Shown one piece after another: positions 62,972 through 64,000 of a DNA stretch of 64,000 nt (the stretch's first letter is position 1; the number at the start of each line of letters is the position of its first letter). Source of the stretch: Lepidodermella squamata (Eukaryota > Animalia > Gastrotricha); contig JBLDXI010000055.1 of NCBI GenBank assembly GCA_047495785.1, positions 372,001-436,000 of the forward strand, in the 5' to 3' direction. The notes under the pieces are model-generated. The model was not told the origin of the DNA, did not search any database, and worked only from the letters and a program-made list of their open reading frames with translations. A program made the position numbers and the translations under genes.

Positions 62972-64000
62972 TTGTGCTGCGAACATCGGGACCCGCAATG
63001 ATCGCCACGAAATCATCCAACGTTAGGCCGAGAATGCTTTTCACAAGTTATGATCTATGATAGTCCCATCGCGGTAATCGCGGCTAACCGATTGAAATGC
63101 AGAAACAGTTTTATTGCCGGCTATAGTGATGGTATATTAACGCAAGCTTATCAATCGAATTCGAATTCACATTCTATGCTCGCAAAGCGAAGTAAAATGT
63201 AAAACTGGTTACTGTATTTTCATGCGGCCAGCTCTGAACTTGGGAGAACTTTCTTCACTAACAGGTTGTATCCTTGGAATAACAGTTGCCATACACGTCG
63301 ATGCCAAACATTTTCAGGCAGCACTTTATGTTTTCGAAAGTTATAACCCAATAAAATGAATAAGTCGTTCATTTTACCCTCTGTTTCGTGCTGCAGCAAG
63401 TAGTAGTTATTTTGCCGTTGATGACTGAGCTGCATGGTGTATAGAGTTGAGGGCATGCACCCTCAACAGCTGCCGGCATCAGCGCGATCATGGCAATGGC
63501 AACGAAAAGATAAATCGAGGAATGCATAGCTAGCAGGAAGTTTTGCTTTAATTATCGTTTAAAAATACCGAATTATTAGATTGGCAGGACTTAAATAGAG
63601 TCAGCCATTCCGCTTCCGGAGAAGAACTAGGCCTTAGAATTCCTGGAAAATTGTGGGAATTGGTAGATAACTCGCACGCCTTTTCACAATTGAGAGCGAT
63701 TAACCATGTGAATTGCGCATATCGGAGTTGTTACCAGGAAAAAATATCTGAGAAATTGGATGTTATCAGCAGAGGTAGATTTTTAAGTTCGTTCGGTTTC
63801 TATATCGGGAGCTTGAGAAAGTCGTCGTGACGTCGACATTACAAGCTCGCGAAAACAACTCACGTTTTACTGAAATGCCTAATGCCTTTCACCTACTCAG
63901 GAAATAGCCCCGCGTGGAACATAATATATGGAACGTGAAGATTAAAACCAATGAAATAGTAGAGTATCAAACCCTGACTTATTATGCCAGGAAGTCACTG

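Noticed and set aside
1-64000. tRNA/rRNA genes, bacterial origin of the ankyrin genes, species assignment
   Set aside because: No RNA genes recognised; ankyrin genes carry host-type introns; the taxon cannot be fixed without a search.

Overview
Gene-dense nuclear DNA from an invertebrate animal: standard code, GT-AG introns mostly about 50-60 bp, CpG not visibly depleted. I cannot name the species. Gene models were spliced by eye, so boundaries are approximate. Recognisable content: TFIIIA and TADA1; a CUB-like surface protein with an 8-kb non-coding upstream region and a remodelled partial duplicate; two GABA-B-like class C GPCRs; a tandem pair of RING/B-box/ankyrin (TRIM-like) genes; eight further ankyrin genes with helical or coiled-coil N-termini; a lipase; a soluble acetylcholine-binding-protein-like gene; several MITEs and an RTE-like LINE fragment. 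The standout is a complete 3.77-kb piggyBac element (30895-34659; TTAA TSD, 69-bp perfect TIRs). Its intron-containing transposase keeps the DDD triad but lacks the C-terminal Cys-rich domain. Head-to-head with it lies a second spliced gene that by pattern encodes a PWWP-like, acidic and BEN-like chromatin/DNA-binding protein. This is a candidate two-component piggyBac system; the domain calls still need profile or structure searches.
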